Of a stretch of 59,606 bases of DNA, positions 39,624 to 48,697 are shown in pieces (position 1 is the first letter of the stretch; every line of letters starts with the position of its first letter). The stretch spans positions 1 to 59,606 of the forward strand of contig JBGVTJ010000194.1 in assembly GCA_041862515.1 (NCBI GenBank), written 5' to 3'. The notes under the pieces were generated by a model. The model was not told where the DNA came from. It ran no database searches and saw nothing but the letters and a program-made list of their open reading frames with translations. The DNA comes from Thermodesulfobacteriota bacterium (GTDB lineage Bacteria > Desulfobacterota > BSN033 > WVXP01 > G020346125). Made by a program: the position numbers and the translations under genes.

Positions 39624-40403
39624 ATGAAAGAAATCCATCCTCATTTTTCGAGCTTTGCACACCGATACAAAGACTTAAGAACAACAGATGTAGAACCAAT
39701 CTTATTTGTTAAAAAGAAACTGCAAGATTTGAATAAAATTGAAGTTGCAGATGTTGGTTGTGGGGTTGGGAGATATGCTACAAAGTTGTTCCATCATTTA
39801 GGCGAGAGGCTTCATCTCACTTGCATTGATCATAATAGGAGGATGTTGAAGGAACTTGCCAAGAATTTTCGAGAACACAGAATAGAGAGCTTTAAACAAT
39901 AAATGCATCGACAGTGGCTTTACCATTAGCAAACAATTTTGGGGACGCTATAATCACTTTCAATGCCATACATCATTTCAAATGCTTAGATTTTCTCAAA
40001 GAAACATCTCGAGTTTTAAGAGAAAAATGGATACTCGTTTATTTACAATCACCTACGAAGCCAAAACAAGAGAAATATTTGGGGAAGATTTTTTCCTGGA
40101 TTCCATGAAAAAGAAAAACGGCTCTATGAAATGAGCGAATTGAAAGAGATGGTAGGTAAAATACCACGTCTAAGGATAGAATTCATTGAATACTCCAAAT
40201 ATAAACGTATGGCTACATGAGAGTGGCTCATAAAACAAGCTACACATCATCATTATTCTACATTTTACCTCTATAATGAAATGGAATTTGAGGAAGCTTT
40301 GAAGAAATTTCAGGGAAATATTACTCACTATTTCAAGAACCCAAATAATATCATTTGGGATGATGAGAATATAATGCTCACCGTGAGGGAAAACATTCGA
40401 TGA
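39624..40403 (+). pseudogene. class I SAM-dependent methyltransferase disrupted by two A-run frameshifts and an in-frame TGA
   Basis: The VADVGCGVGRY SAM motif is in frame 0. A shift at A-run 39894-39896 moves reading to frame 2 (..NASTVALPLANNFGDAIITFNAIHHF..RVLRE). A shift at A-run 40023-40027 returns it to frame 0 (NGYSFIYNHLRSQNKRNIWGRFFPGFHEKEKRLY..MAT-TGA(40218-40220)-EWLIKQATHHHYSTF..IWDDENIMLTVRENIR). Confidence 0.8.
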
Positions 40404-40520
40404 ATTTTTTGTTCTACTTACCTGACGTAAGACATCATTCAACAGGGTTATCCGGTTACGCTTCGCAAAGCCCAACAAGTTTTTGCGACCTTCGGTACAA
40501 ACCTTACCAGAGGTTAAGAA

Positions 40521-41090
40521 ATGAAAATTTTTAATAGAAACTTCTTTATTGGATTGGTAGCAGGGCTAATCCTGACGATCTTAATTCTCATTGGTGGAGG
40601 CTACGTCCTTATGAGGTCATTCACATCAAGGACCGGTGAAAAACTTGAGTCAATACTTCAGCCCCCGCCCTTCCCCACTCAAACAAGAATGGACTACAAC
40701 TGGCGTATTCAAGGACTTGATGGCAAAGAACTCGATGTTGGCAAAAGCAAAGGAAAGGTTATCTTTCTCAATTTCTGGGCGACATGGTGTCCTCCCTGTG
40801 TGGCCGAAATGTCAAGCATCCAACGGCTCTATGACGAGATCAAGAGCGAAGGCATCGATTTCATTTGTGTATCAGACGAGAACAGAACAAAAGTGAGCAA
40901 ATTCATAAAGGAAAAGGGATTTACTTTCCCGATCTATACCCTTGTTGGTGATCAACCTCAAGTTCTCAGGACCCGGGGGATCCCGGCAACATTCATCATT
41001 TCTCAAGATGGTCAAATAGTTTTTAAACATGTAGGTGCCGCAAAGTGGGACCATAAGACGAGCATTGATTTTATGAAGAAGCTTATGTAG
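40521..41090 (+). CDS. TlpA-family membrane-anchored thiol:disulfide oxidoreductase
   Basis: N-terminal TM anchor and a thioredoxin fold with WATWCPPC. Confidence 0.9.
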   Translation: MKIFNRNFFIGLVAGLILTILILIGGGYVLMRSFTSRTGEKLESILQPPPFPTQTRMDYNWRIQGLDGKELDVGKSKGKVIFLNFWATWCPPCVAEMSSIQRLYDEIKSEGIDFICVSDENRTKVSKFIKEKGFTFPIYTLVGDQPQVLRTRGIPATFIISQDGQIVFKHVGAAKWDHKTSIDFMKKLM

Positions 41091-41210
41091 TCAAATCCTT
41101 AAGTGCCCCATAACACCAGAACGGCAGCTCATTGTCTTTGCGCGAGCTTCCTTCGGCGGCTTCATCAATCCGGGAAATATGAGGCGCTATATTACCATTA
41201 AAAGGAAGGG

Positions 41211-41876
41211 ATGAAGAAGATGCGTGAAGCGATAACGATAACAGCAGTATTAATTCTTACAACCCCTTTAGCTCTTTCCCAAGATTTGAAATCGCCCTAT
41301 GCGGGTCAAGAAAAAAGGGGGATAAAATCCCTCTCGAGAGAAAAGATTCAGGAATACTTATCAGGAGGGGGTATGGGCTTAGCGAAAGCAGGCGAACTGA
41401 ATCACTATCCAGGACCCAAGCATGTTTTGGATTTGGCGAAGGAATTGTATCTTTCAAAAAAACAGCTATTTGAGACGGAGGAGATTTATAACAGAATGCA
41501 TGGAGAAGCGGTTCGGCTCGGAAGATTAATTGTTGAGCAGGAAAAGATCCTGGACAGTCTCTTTGCCGAGCAAAAGATTGATGAAACGCAGCTTCAATCT
41601 CTCACTGCTGGGATCGCTAAGGATCAAGGCAAACTTCGTTTTATTCATTTGAGAGCTCATGTGGAGATGAAAAAGGTTCTTTCAGCAAAGCAGATTGACA
41701 AATATGATGCGCTACGGGGGTATAAATCGAGCGGAGGAAAAAATGACGGCCTCCCGGACATCAAGAGGATGAACCCGATCGTATTCTCCATGCACGACAA
41801 TAACTACTGGAAAGTCGGGGAACACCTCGCCCGAGCGTGGGACATTGGAAAGGAATTCAAAACGAAGAAGGAATAG
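41211..41876 (+). CDS. periplasmic Spy/CpxP/ZraP-like (LTxxQ-motif) protein
   Basis: Signal peptide, two LSxxQ motifs (LSKKQ, LSAKQ), and predicted helical content. Confidence 0.65.
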   Translation: MKKMREAITITAVLILTTPLALSQDLKSPYAGQEKRGIKSLSREKIQEYLSGGGMGLAKAGELNHYPGPKHVLDLAKELYLSKKQLFETEEIYNRMHGEAVRLGRLIVEQEKILDSLFAEQKIDETQLQSLTAGIAKDQGKLRFIHLRAHVEMKKVLSAKQIDKYDALRGYKSSGGKNDGLPDIKRMNPIVFSMHDNNYWKVGEHLARAWDIGKEFKTKKE

Positions 41877-41977
41877 AAAGGGCCTCTTCGGACAACAAGT
41901 GGTTCTGAATTCGCACTTCTTGAAGCTTGTTGCCTTCTCTGAAGGAACAAATCTCCTGACTGGACTGTCTTAGTTAG

Positions 41978-42586
41978 ATGAGGGAAACCGAGCAGAAAAC
42001 AACGGATGAAGACTATGAATTTGTCTCTTTATGTAAAGAGGGTGATGTCGATGCCTTTGAAGTCTTGGTAAGAAAGCACCAGAAAAGGATGCTTAATATT
42101 GCTTACAGGATGATTGGGAACTATGAAGAGGCATGCGATGTCGTACAGGATGCATTTATCTCCGCATATAGAAGTATCAAGGGTTTTAAGGGAAAGGCCA
42201 AATTCTCCACATGGCTTTATACGATAGTCATGAATCTTTCGAAAAACCGCCTCAAGCAGTTGAGGACACAACTCCATCGTGAGAAGTTTTCAATAGATGA
42301 CCCTGTTCTTACCAATAGTGGCCAGATAAGAGGAGAACTCGCCTCGATCGGACCTTCTGCCCTTGAAAGCCTTGAAAGAAGGGATGTCCAGCAAAAAGTG
42401 CAGGAATGTATAAACTCCCTCGATGAAGAATTCAGAGAAGTACTGATTCTGAGGGATATCCAAGGCTTCTCTTATGACGAGATTGGCGATGTTCTTACAG
42501 TACCGGAAGGTACCGTCAAATCAAGGCTTTTTAGGGCAAGGGAAGCTGTCAAGGATTGTTTGAAGAAAGTGATTGGAGATCTATGA
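41978..42586 (+). CDS. ECF-type RNA polymerase sigma-70 family factor
   Basis: Region 2 (DVVQDAFISAY..FSTWLYTIVMN) and region 4 (LILRDIQGFSYDEIGDVLTVPEGTVKSRLFRAR). Confidence 0.92.
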   Translation: MRETEQKTTDEDYEFVSLCKEGDVDAFEVLVRKHQKRMLNIAYRMIGNYEEACDVVQDAFISAYRSIKGFKGKAKFSTWLYTIVMNLSKNRLKQLRTQLHREKFSIDDPVLTNSGQIRGELASIGPSALESLERRDVQQKVQECINSLDEEFREVLILRDIQGFSYDEIGDVLTVPEGTVKSRLFRAREAVKDCLKKVIGDL

Positions 42587-42587
42587 T

Positions 42588-43508
42588 ATGGAGTGCAGTG
42601 ACATTCAAGAAAAGCTGTCCGCTTACATGGAGGGCATTATTTCTCACGGAGAGAAGGTGCTTATCGATGGACATCTAAAGGCCTGCCAGAAATGCAGCGG
42701 GTCTCTTGCTGACCTGAAGAAGACCCTTGAGTATGTGCAGAATCTCGAAGAGGTGGAGCCTCCTCCATGGTTGACAGGGAAGGTTATGGCGAGTCTGAGA
42801 TCAGAAGGCGCGCCAAAAAGGCAAATATTCCAGAGATTATTTTATCCACTCCATATAAAGCTGCCAATTGAGGCCCTTGCTACCATTTTCATAGCAGTGG
42901 CAACGATTTATGTCTTCAAAACAATGCAACCGGAGATGGAAGGTGCAAAAGCACCCCCGGCAGAGATCACATCACGAATCCCTTTACAAGAGAAAGAAAA
43001 AACCTCTCCTCTTGATGAGGGCAAACCCCTCCCCGCCAAACCCACAGAGAAATTCATGTTTTCAGAAGAACGAGAAATCTCACCAGGCAAATCCCTAGAG
43101 CCACCCAAAGCCCCTGCGAGAATTGCAAAACGGGACGAGGTTGAACCATTAGCAGACGCCATTGGAAAACGTGAATATAAACGCAAAGCCTTATCGCCCG
43201 AATTGAGAGCAGCACTGGTTGAAAGGGAACGGAAGGGTGTTAGCTTAACAATTGATGTCAAGGACATCGAGACTGCTGGGAGAGAAATTGAGAAGGCTTT
43301 TATCAAACTGGGGGGGAAAATAATCAAAAAAGAGTATTTTGACCAGAGAAACATCATTGCCGCTGAGCTTGATGCCAAAAAGGTGAAGGATCTATTTGAA
43401 AAACTAAACGTCCTTGGAGAAGTGAAAGAAAAGGCATTGACTTTAGAGACCCGGGAGGGTGATATAGAGATAAGGATAGAGATTACAAAGATACCAAGAG
43501 GGCCTTGA
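42588..43508 (+). CDS. anti-sigma factor with an N-terminal zf-HC2 domain and one TM helix
   Basis: The C..H..C..C pattern (CSDIQEKL..HLKACQKC) lies immediately after the sigma gene (overlap/adjacent). A single TM helix and an extracytoplasmic domain follow. Confidence 0.85.
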   Translation: MECSDIQEKLSAYMEGIISHGEKVLIDGHLKACQKCSGSLADLKKTLEYVQNLEEVEPPPWLTGKVMASLRSEGAPKRQIFQRLFYPLHIKLPIEALATIFIAVATIYVFKTMQPEMEGAKAPPAEITSRIPLQEKEKTSPLDEGKPLPAKPTEKFMFSEEREISPGKSLEPPKAPARIAKRDEVEPLADAIGKREYKRKALSPELRAALVERERKGVSLTIDVKDIETAGREIEKAFIKLGGKIIKKEYFDQRNIIAAELDAKKVKDLFEKLNVLGEVKEKALTLETREGDIEIRIEITKIPRGP

Positions 43509-43643
43509 TAATTCATTCGCGTAACAAAAGTGGACATATTACTCCAGGGAATTTGTTGGAGGCATAGAGCAAGGAATCTTTTCCGATATGAATGAGTTAT
43601 CCAACGTTCTCTTCGAGACGCTCCATGAAAAGGAGGTGCTATC

Positions 43644-43859
43644 ATGGCGGAAAAGACTATCATCTATGGCAAGGATGGCTGACCGTATACGAGCAGGGCC
43701 AGGGAGGCCTTTGGAAATACCGCAGAATACTTCGATGTCAAATCGGATAGCACGAAATTAGACGAGATGTTAACGTATTCCAATGGCGGTCGGGAAGTGC
43801 CGGTTATTGTAAAGGGAGATAAGGTGACCATCGGTTACGGGGGCACATGAGATGTGTGA
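43644..43859 (+). CDS. glutaredoxin-fold small protein with two in-frame UGA codons (candidate selenoprotein, UPYT motif and C-terminal U-D-V-stop)
   Basis: AGGAGG (43631-43636) lies 7 nt before the ATG at 43644. Translation is MAEKTIIYGKDG-TGA(43680)-PYTSRAREAFGNTAEYFDVKSDSTKLDEMLTYSNGGREVPVIVKGDKVTIGYGGT-TGA(43848)-DV-TGA(43857). A Grx-like VPVI..G motif is present. Hairpins start about 12 nt after each UGA. Confidence 0.7.
43695..43711 (+). other. SECIS-like hairpin after the first UGA of the Grx-like gene
   Basis: AGGGCC-AGGGA-GGCCUU: a 6-bp stem (one G-U pair). The loop occupies nt 22-26 counted from the U of UGA, with G at position 23. Confidence 0.4.
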
Positions 43860-43860
43860 T

Positions 43861-43897
43861 TACCGGTAGTCTATCGGTACCTTTCTCCTTTGTACCG
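43861..43897 (+). other. two overlapping hairpins after the second UGA / 3' end of the Grx-like gene
   Basis: UACCG-GUAGUCUAU-CGGUA (43861-43879, loop starts with GU) and CGGUAC-CUUUCUCCUUU-GUACCG (43875-43897). Confidence 0.4.
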
Positions 43898-44173
43898 TAA
43901 TCGAGATAGTTATTTCACCCCAGGGGACGTTTTGGTATCTTCCGTTAAATCCTTGCCTCTTTTCCGTCATCAAAATTCTCCAAGCTGACAAGAATCACAC
44001 CCTGAAGGTGTAATGAGGAACCCTTTCGTGGGTTAAAATAACCTCTCAATTCCAGTACCTTCCAATCCCTCCTGAGTATTCGTAACAAAAATTAACGATA
44101 TTCGGGAACTTTTTGCGAACCTCCTTTGTCTTATGAACCAAGATCGATCAAAAAACATCAAAGGAGGTTTAAG

Positions 44174-45631
44174 ATGAGAAGGACATATCATTACAGTATT
44201 TTGTTGGTTATATTCTTCATAGGAATTGCCAGTAGTGGATTGGCGGTTACGGAAAGAGACGACGAAAAACCTCGAGTCCTTTCCACGACATTGGAAGACC
44301 AAAGAGGAGTTGCAGTAACAATTTACAACGTCAACCTCGGACTGGTAAAAGACCAGAGGGAGATAAGACTTCCCCAGGGGACCGGGGAGTTGAGGTTCAT
44401 GGATGTGGCCTCCAAGATAATACCTACAAGCGTCTATATCAGATCCCTCACAGACCCTCAAAGCCTCCAGATCCTTGAACAGAACTACGAATATGACCTG
44501 CTCAACCCCCAAAAGCTCCTCGACAAATATGTGGGTAAAGAGGTGAAACTTTACTATAGAAATCCCTACACGGAGAGGGAGGAGATTGTAACGGCCATAC
44601 TTCTCGCCAATAACGGAGGGCCAATATTTAAGATCGGTGACGAGATAACCTTCGGGTATCCCGGAAGGATTATATTCCCTGAGGTTCCGGATAGCCTTAT
44701 CTCAAAACCCACCCTTGTTTGGCTCGTCGAGAACAATCTCCCAACATCTCAGAAGATTGAGACGTCGTATCTCACAAATGACATCAACTGGAGGGCCGAC
44801 TATGTGGTAACATTGAACGAGGAGGACGACAGGGCAGACCTTTCTGGATGGGTGACCATCAAGAATACGAGTGGGGCAACATACCGAAATGCAAGGCTCA
44901 AACTCGTCGCAGGGGATGTAAATAGGGTGAGGAACGAATGGGAATATAAAGATAAGATGCTTCGGGCAGCCATGAAAGAGGCAAGACCAGCCGAACCGCA
45001 GTTTCAGCAGGAAGAGTTCTTTGAGTATCACATATATACCCTGCAGAGGCCGGCAACGATTAAACAAAATCAGACGAAACAGATCGGTCTTGTAACTGCT
45101 GATAACATTCCGGTTAAAAAAGAGCTCCTCTACTATGGAGCAAGATTTTACTACCGCAACCGACAGGGTGGGGTGATATCGAACCAGAAGGTTAGTGTGT
45201 TCGTGGAGATAGAAAATAAGAAGGAGAATAACCTCGGTATTCCCCTCCCAAAAGGCACGATCAGGGTCTACAAACATGACAGAGAAAGAAGCTTACAATT
45301 TGTCGGGGAGGATTCCATAGACCATACACCGAAGGATGAGAAGGTCAGGATAAAACTCGGTGATGCCTTTGATGTGGTTGGAAGCAGAAAACAGATGAAC
45401 TGGAGAAAGATTGCCTATGATACGTACGAAGCGAGCTTTGAAATCTCGCTGAGAAATCACAAGAAGGAGGACGTCTTCGTGAAGGTTGTTGAGCCGATAC
45501 CTGGAGACTGGGTGATGCTCAGTTCATCGCATGAATATTCAAAGACAGAGGCTTTCACTGCTGAGTTTACCGTTCGAGTCCCGAAGGATAAGGAGACAAA
45601 GTTGACATACAGTGTGAGGATGAGATTCTAG
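44174..45631 (+). CDS. DUF4139 domain-containing protein (secreted/anchored)
   Basis: AGGAGG SD before the ATG at 44174. Signal-like N-terminus. A TIYN..LGLV.. beta-rich architecture typical of DUF4140/DUF4139 proteins. Confidence 0.75.
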   Translation: MRRTYHYSILLVIFFIGIASSGLAVTERDDEKPRVLSTTLEDQRGVAVTIYNVNLGLVKDQREIRLPQGTGELRFMDVASKIIPTSVYIRSLTDPQSLQILEQNYEYDLLNPQKLLDKYVGKEVKLYYRNPYTEREEIVTAILLANNGGPIFKIGDEITFGYPGRIIFPEVPDSLISKPTLVWLVENNLPTSQKIETSYLTNDINWRADYVVTLNEEDDRADLSGWVTIKNTSGATYRNARLKLVAGDVNRVRNEWEYKDKMLRAAMKEARPAEPQFQQEEFFEYHIYTLQRPATIKQNQTKQIGLVTADNIPVKKELLYYGARFYYRNRQGGVISNQKVSVFVEIENKKENNLGIPLPKGTIRVYKHDRERSLQFVGEDSIDHTPKDEKVRIKLGDAFDVVGSRKQMNWRKIAYDTYEASFEISLRNHKKEDVFVKVVEPIPGDWVMLSSSHEYSKTEAFTAEFTVRVPKDKETKLTYSVRMRF

Positions 45632-45640
45632 GTGGTCGAC

Positions 45641-45674
45641 GGGGAACGGACCATAAGGATCAAGGCCGTTCCCC
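45641..45674 (+). terminator. 9-bp perfect-stem hairpin just after the DUF4139 stop (no U-tract)
   Basis: GGGGAACGG (45641-45649), a 16-nt loop, then CCGTTCCCC (45666-45674). Confidence 0.3.
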
Positions 45675-45940
45675 GCGCCCTCGTGACAAGAGAGATAAGT
45701 AGGATATCAAGAGAACTCGGCACTCAACCACTGAAGCATAGCCCATATGGCCTCAAGGTCTTTCGGGTTATATTACTTTCTTTCTCTCATCGAAATCTTT
45801 GGCGCGAACCCCTAAAGCTGGACACTCTACGGGAGCATATCTCCCATGCCAGCTCCCTTTCTTGGCCTACTAGACTCAGGGGGTGGAAGTGACAGTAATA
45901 CGTGGGCGGACCCCAACCCCGGTGCGCCATAAGGTTTAAT

Positions 45941-46240
45941 TTAGAATACGTCCTTAAGAGCGTGGGCGGCTGTGTACACGCTCCCTACCCCACTAATGTA
46001 ATGGGCGACTCTTAAGGTTTCCGTGATCTCCTCTTTTGTAGCACCAGCCCCTATCGCTGCCTGAGCTAAGGCCCTCACACCCTCAATAGTTCCGTGAGAT
46101 GCATCCAAAGCCATCGCGATGAGAAGCTTAAACTTCTTGGGCAAGGCACCTTCTGTAAGAGCGAGCTCACGGGTATTTCCAACGAGTTTGAGAAGTTCCG
46201 GATCGAGCATCTCAAAAATCTTCAAGGGATTTCCAACCAT
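45941..46240 (-). CDS. carboxymuconolactone decarboxylase (AhpD-like) family protein
   Basis: GGGAGGGGGG SD before the ATG at 46240. CMD-fold sequence (LPKKFKLLIAMALDASHG..EEITETLRVAHYISG). Confidence 0.8.
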   Translation of the reverse strand: MVGNPLKIFEMLDPELLKLVGNTRELALTEGALPKKFKLLIAMALDASHGTIEGVRALAQAAIGAGATKEEITETLRVAHYISGVGSVYTAAHALKDVF

Positions 46241-46533
46241 TTCATCACCCCCCTCCCTCACTATTGCGTTCGGGATTGTATTATCATTCCACCTGAATTC
46301 CATGTTATGTACAATAGCAAAGTCAGGAAAGAAGTCAATTGGTGATGTTTGCAAATTCTCAGGGATTCTCGGTTATCGAGAATTTTCTTTTTCAAATCTG
46401 CTGATGTTCCGGTTCCACGGGATACCCAATGAGTATCCATGGTATAATCCAGTATGGTCGATCAAGAAATTGACCTCTTCCCATTTAGCTCAATTCCGTT
46501 ACACTATCTATAGGAGCTATGGAAGGCCTAAAA

Positions 46534-47307
46534 ATGAAGAAAGAGATAACTGCCTTGATCATTTCAATTCCGATGATGTTTTCGGCAATTCACGCGGCGT
46601 CATCAGCTCCTTTTGATCATTCTCAATTTGACCTAGTACTTAAACAGTACGTTGATGAGGAGGGGCTGGTAGATTACAATGGAATCGCTCAAGACCGGCG
46701 TTTCTCAGAGTATATGAAATCACTCGAGTGGGCAAAGGTCGAGGAGCTGTCGCGGGATGGTCAACTCGCCTTCTGAATCAATGCGTACAATGCGGTCACC
46801 ATTGACAAGGTGATCAAGAAGAAGCCGAAAGAGAGTGTTCGGGAGACCATCATTCCGGGCGTCTGGACTTCCACCAAATTCTTTCGCTCTCGTGAACATA
46901 CCGTGGCCAACAGGCTTTTGAGCCAGGACGACATTGAAAATGAGATCTTGCGGAAGAATTTCAAAGACCCACGGATCCATTTTGCCATCATCTGTGCCTC
47001 CTCGAGTTGCCCCAAGCTACCGAAAAATGCTTATACGGAAGCGAACGTTCAGGCCCGCCTGGAAGAAGAGACGCGAGAATATTTGAATTCAGAACGGGGC
47101 GTCCGGATAGACCGTACGAGAAATACCCTTTATCTGTCCCGAATATTCGACTGGTCCGGGGAAGATTTTGTCGAACAATCCGGTTCTGTTGCGAACTTTA
47201 TACGGCCCTACCTGAAAAGAGAAGTTGTTTCCTTTCTCGATCAGAAGCCAAAGGTGAAATTTCTGGGATACAACTGGGCTTTGAATGCCCAGAAACCCCT
47301 GAGATAA
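46534..47307 (+). pseudogene. DUF547 family gene with a single in-frame TGA at the conserved Trp of the AFWINAYN motif
   Basis: ORFs 46519..46776 and 46810..47307 are in the same frame. The sequence reads ..DGQLAF-TGA(46774-46776)-INAYNAVTI.., where DUF547 proteins have LAFWIN(A/L)YN as recalled. Confidence 0.75.
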
Positions 47308-47563
47308 AGGATGAGCCAATTTCGCTTTATCAAGAGGCTCGTTCGGAGAAAATTGAATAAATGGGCGACAATGGCAAGCTTGATTAGGAAAAAAGATCCC
47401 ACGGGTCAAAATTAGTTGTTGGCTCTCTGGAAATCCTCTTTCTGATGGGTTCTCCAAAGCAGGGAGCTTTCACCGTTCCTTGAATGTTGCCGCCTGCGTG
47501 ACCCGTTATCATGTCTGACATTCAACTCGTGTCCCGGCTATTCATACCTCTTGGAGATAAATC

Positions 47564-48493
47564 ATGCTCCCCAAGATTCGGATGCCAGGGAAAAGCTACC
47601 GGGGACCAATACTGCCTTTGACTGCGCAGGAGATCGAGCTCCGGGATGCGCTCCGGCGGGACGTAGAGAAACTTGCAGGTGAAATCGGAGAGCGAAACGT
47701 CTGGCGATACCGAGCCCTCGCCGCTGCGGCTGATTTCCTCGAGGTCTCCCTCGCAAAGTCCGGTTACGAAGCTTGCCGCCAGGGATACGAGGCAGCGGGA
47801 GTGACCTGCTACAACATCGAAGTGGAGATTCAAGGAGCGGACCGAGCGGATGAGATCGTCATCATCGGTGCTCACTATGATTCCGTGGAGGGGTCCCCGG
47901 GCGCAAATGACAATGCCACCGGGGCCGCTGCGGTGATTGCATTGGCCCGGCTCCTCACCGGGGAAAAGAGGTCACGAACCTTGCGCTTTGTTGAGTTTGT
48001 GAACGAGGAGCCGCCACATTTCAGATCTTCCCAGATGGGGAGCGTAGTCTATGCGAAGCATTGCCGCAAACGCGGCGAGAAGATCGTCGCGATGTTCAGC
48101 CTTGAGACCATCGGCTACTACTGCGACGAGAAAGGGAGTCAGAAGTACCCATTTCCCTTCGGCCTGATCTATCCCTCCACCGGGAACTTCATCGGATTCG
48201 TTGGGAACACCCTCTCAGGAGGTTTGGTCCGTGATGTGGTCGCCTCATTCCGCTGCCATACGAAGTTTCCTTCCGAGGGTGGAGCGCTACCGTCCATCAT
48301 TCCGGGAATAGGCCTTTCGGACCAGTGGGCTTTTTGGCAGGAGGGTTATCCAGGGGTGATGGTAACGGATACCGCCCTGTTCCGCTACCCCTATTATCAT
48401 GCCCAGGGGGACACACCCGACAAGGTTCAATACGACCGCTTGGCGAGGGTGGTAGCTGGTCTGGGCAGGGCCATCGCTGACATCGCAGGCTGA
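47564..48493 (+). CDS. M28 family metallopeptidase (aminopeptidase)
   Basis: GAHYDSV, GANDNATGAA and FVNEEPPH zinc-ligand motifs. Confidence 0.88.
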   Translation: MLPKIRMPGKSYRGPILPLTAQEIELRDALRRDVEKLAGEIGERNVWRYRALAAAADFLEVSLAKSGYEACRQGYEAAGVTCYNIEVEIQGADRADEIVIIGAHYDSVEGSPGANDNATGAAAVIALARLLTGEKRSRTLRFVEFVNEEPPHFRSSQMGSVVYAKHCRKRGEKIVAMFSLETIGYYCDEKGSQKYPFPFGLIYPSTGNFIGFVGNTLSGGLVRDVVASFRCHTKFPSEGGALPSIIPGIGLSDQWAFWQEGYPGVMVTDTALFRYPYYHAQGDTPDKVQYDRLARVVAGLGRAIADIAG

Positions 48494-48697
48494 TCCCGAA
48501 CAACAATGAAATTCTACCTGGCGGGACTGCGGCTCGGAGAGCAGATTCTCATGAACCCCCACGACTTCGAGAATAAAGGAAAAAAATATCCTGCGTGGTC
48601 AGCAGCGCTGACGCAAGCCGCGATGGAATAGCTGGCGAAAGTTCCTTCGTGGGAACACCTACGCCATCTTACTGTCGAAACCCCACTCCTGGTAACT

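Noticed and set aside
41944-41972. An ECF-type promoter, GGAAC-N19-TCTTA, upstream of the ECF sigma gene.
   Set aside because: The spacing is one nt longer than the E. coli sigmaE-type pattern I recall. The -10 element ends only about 6 nt before the ATG, which would imply a leaderless mRNA. The evidence is too weak to call.
42908-43663. A 251-aa ORF on the minus strand.
   Set aside because: It is antisense to the anti-sigma factor gene, is Ser-rich and low-complexity, and overlaps the SD/ATG of the Grx-like gene.
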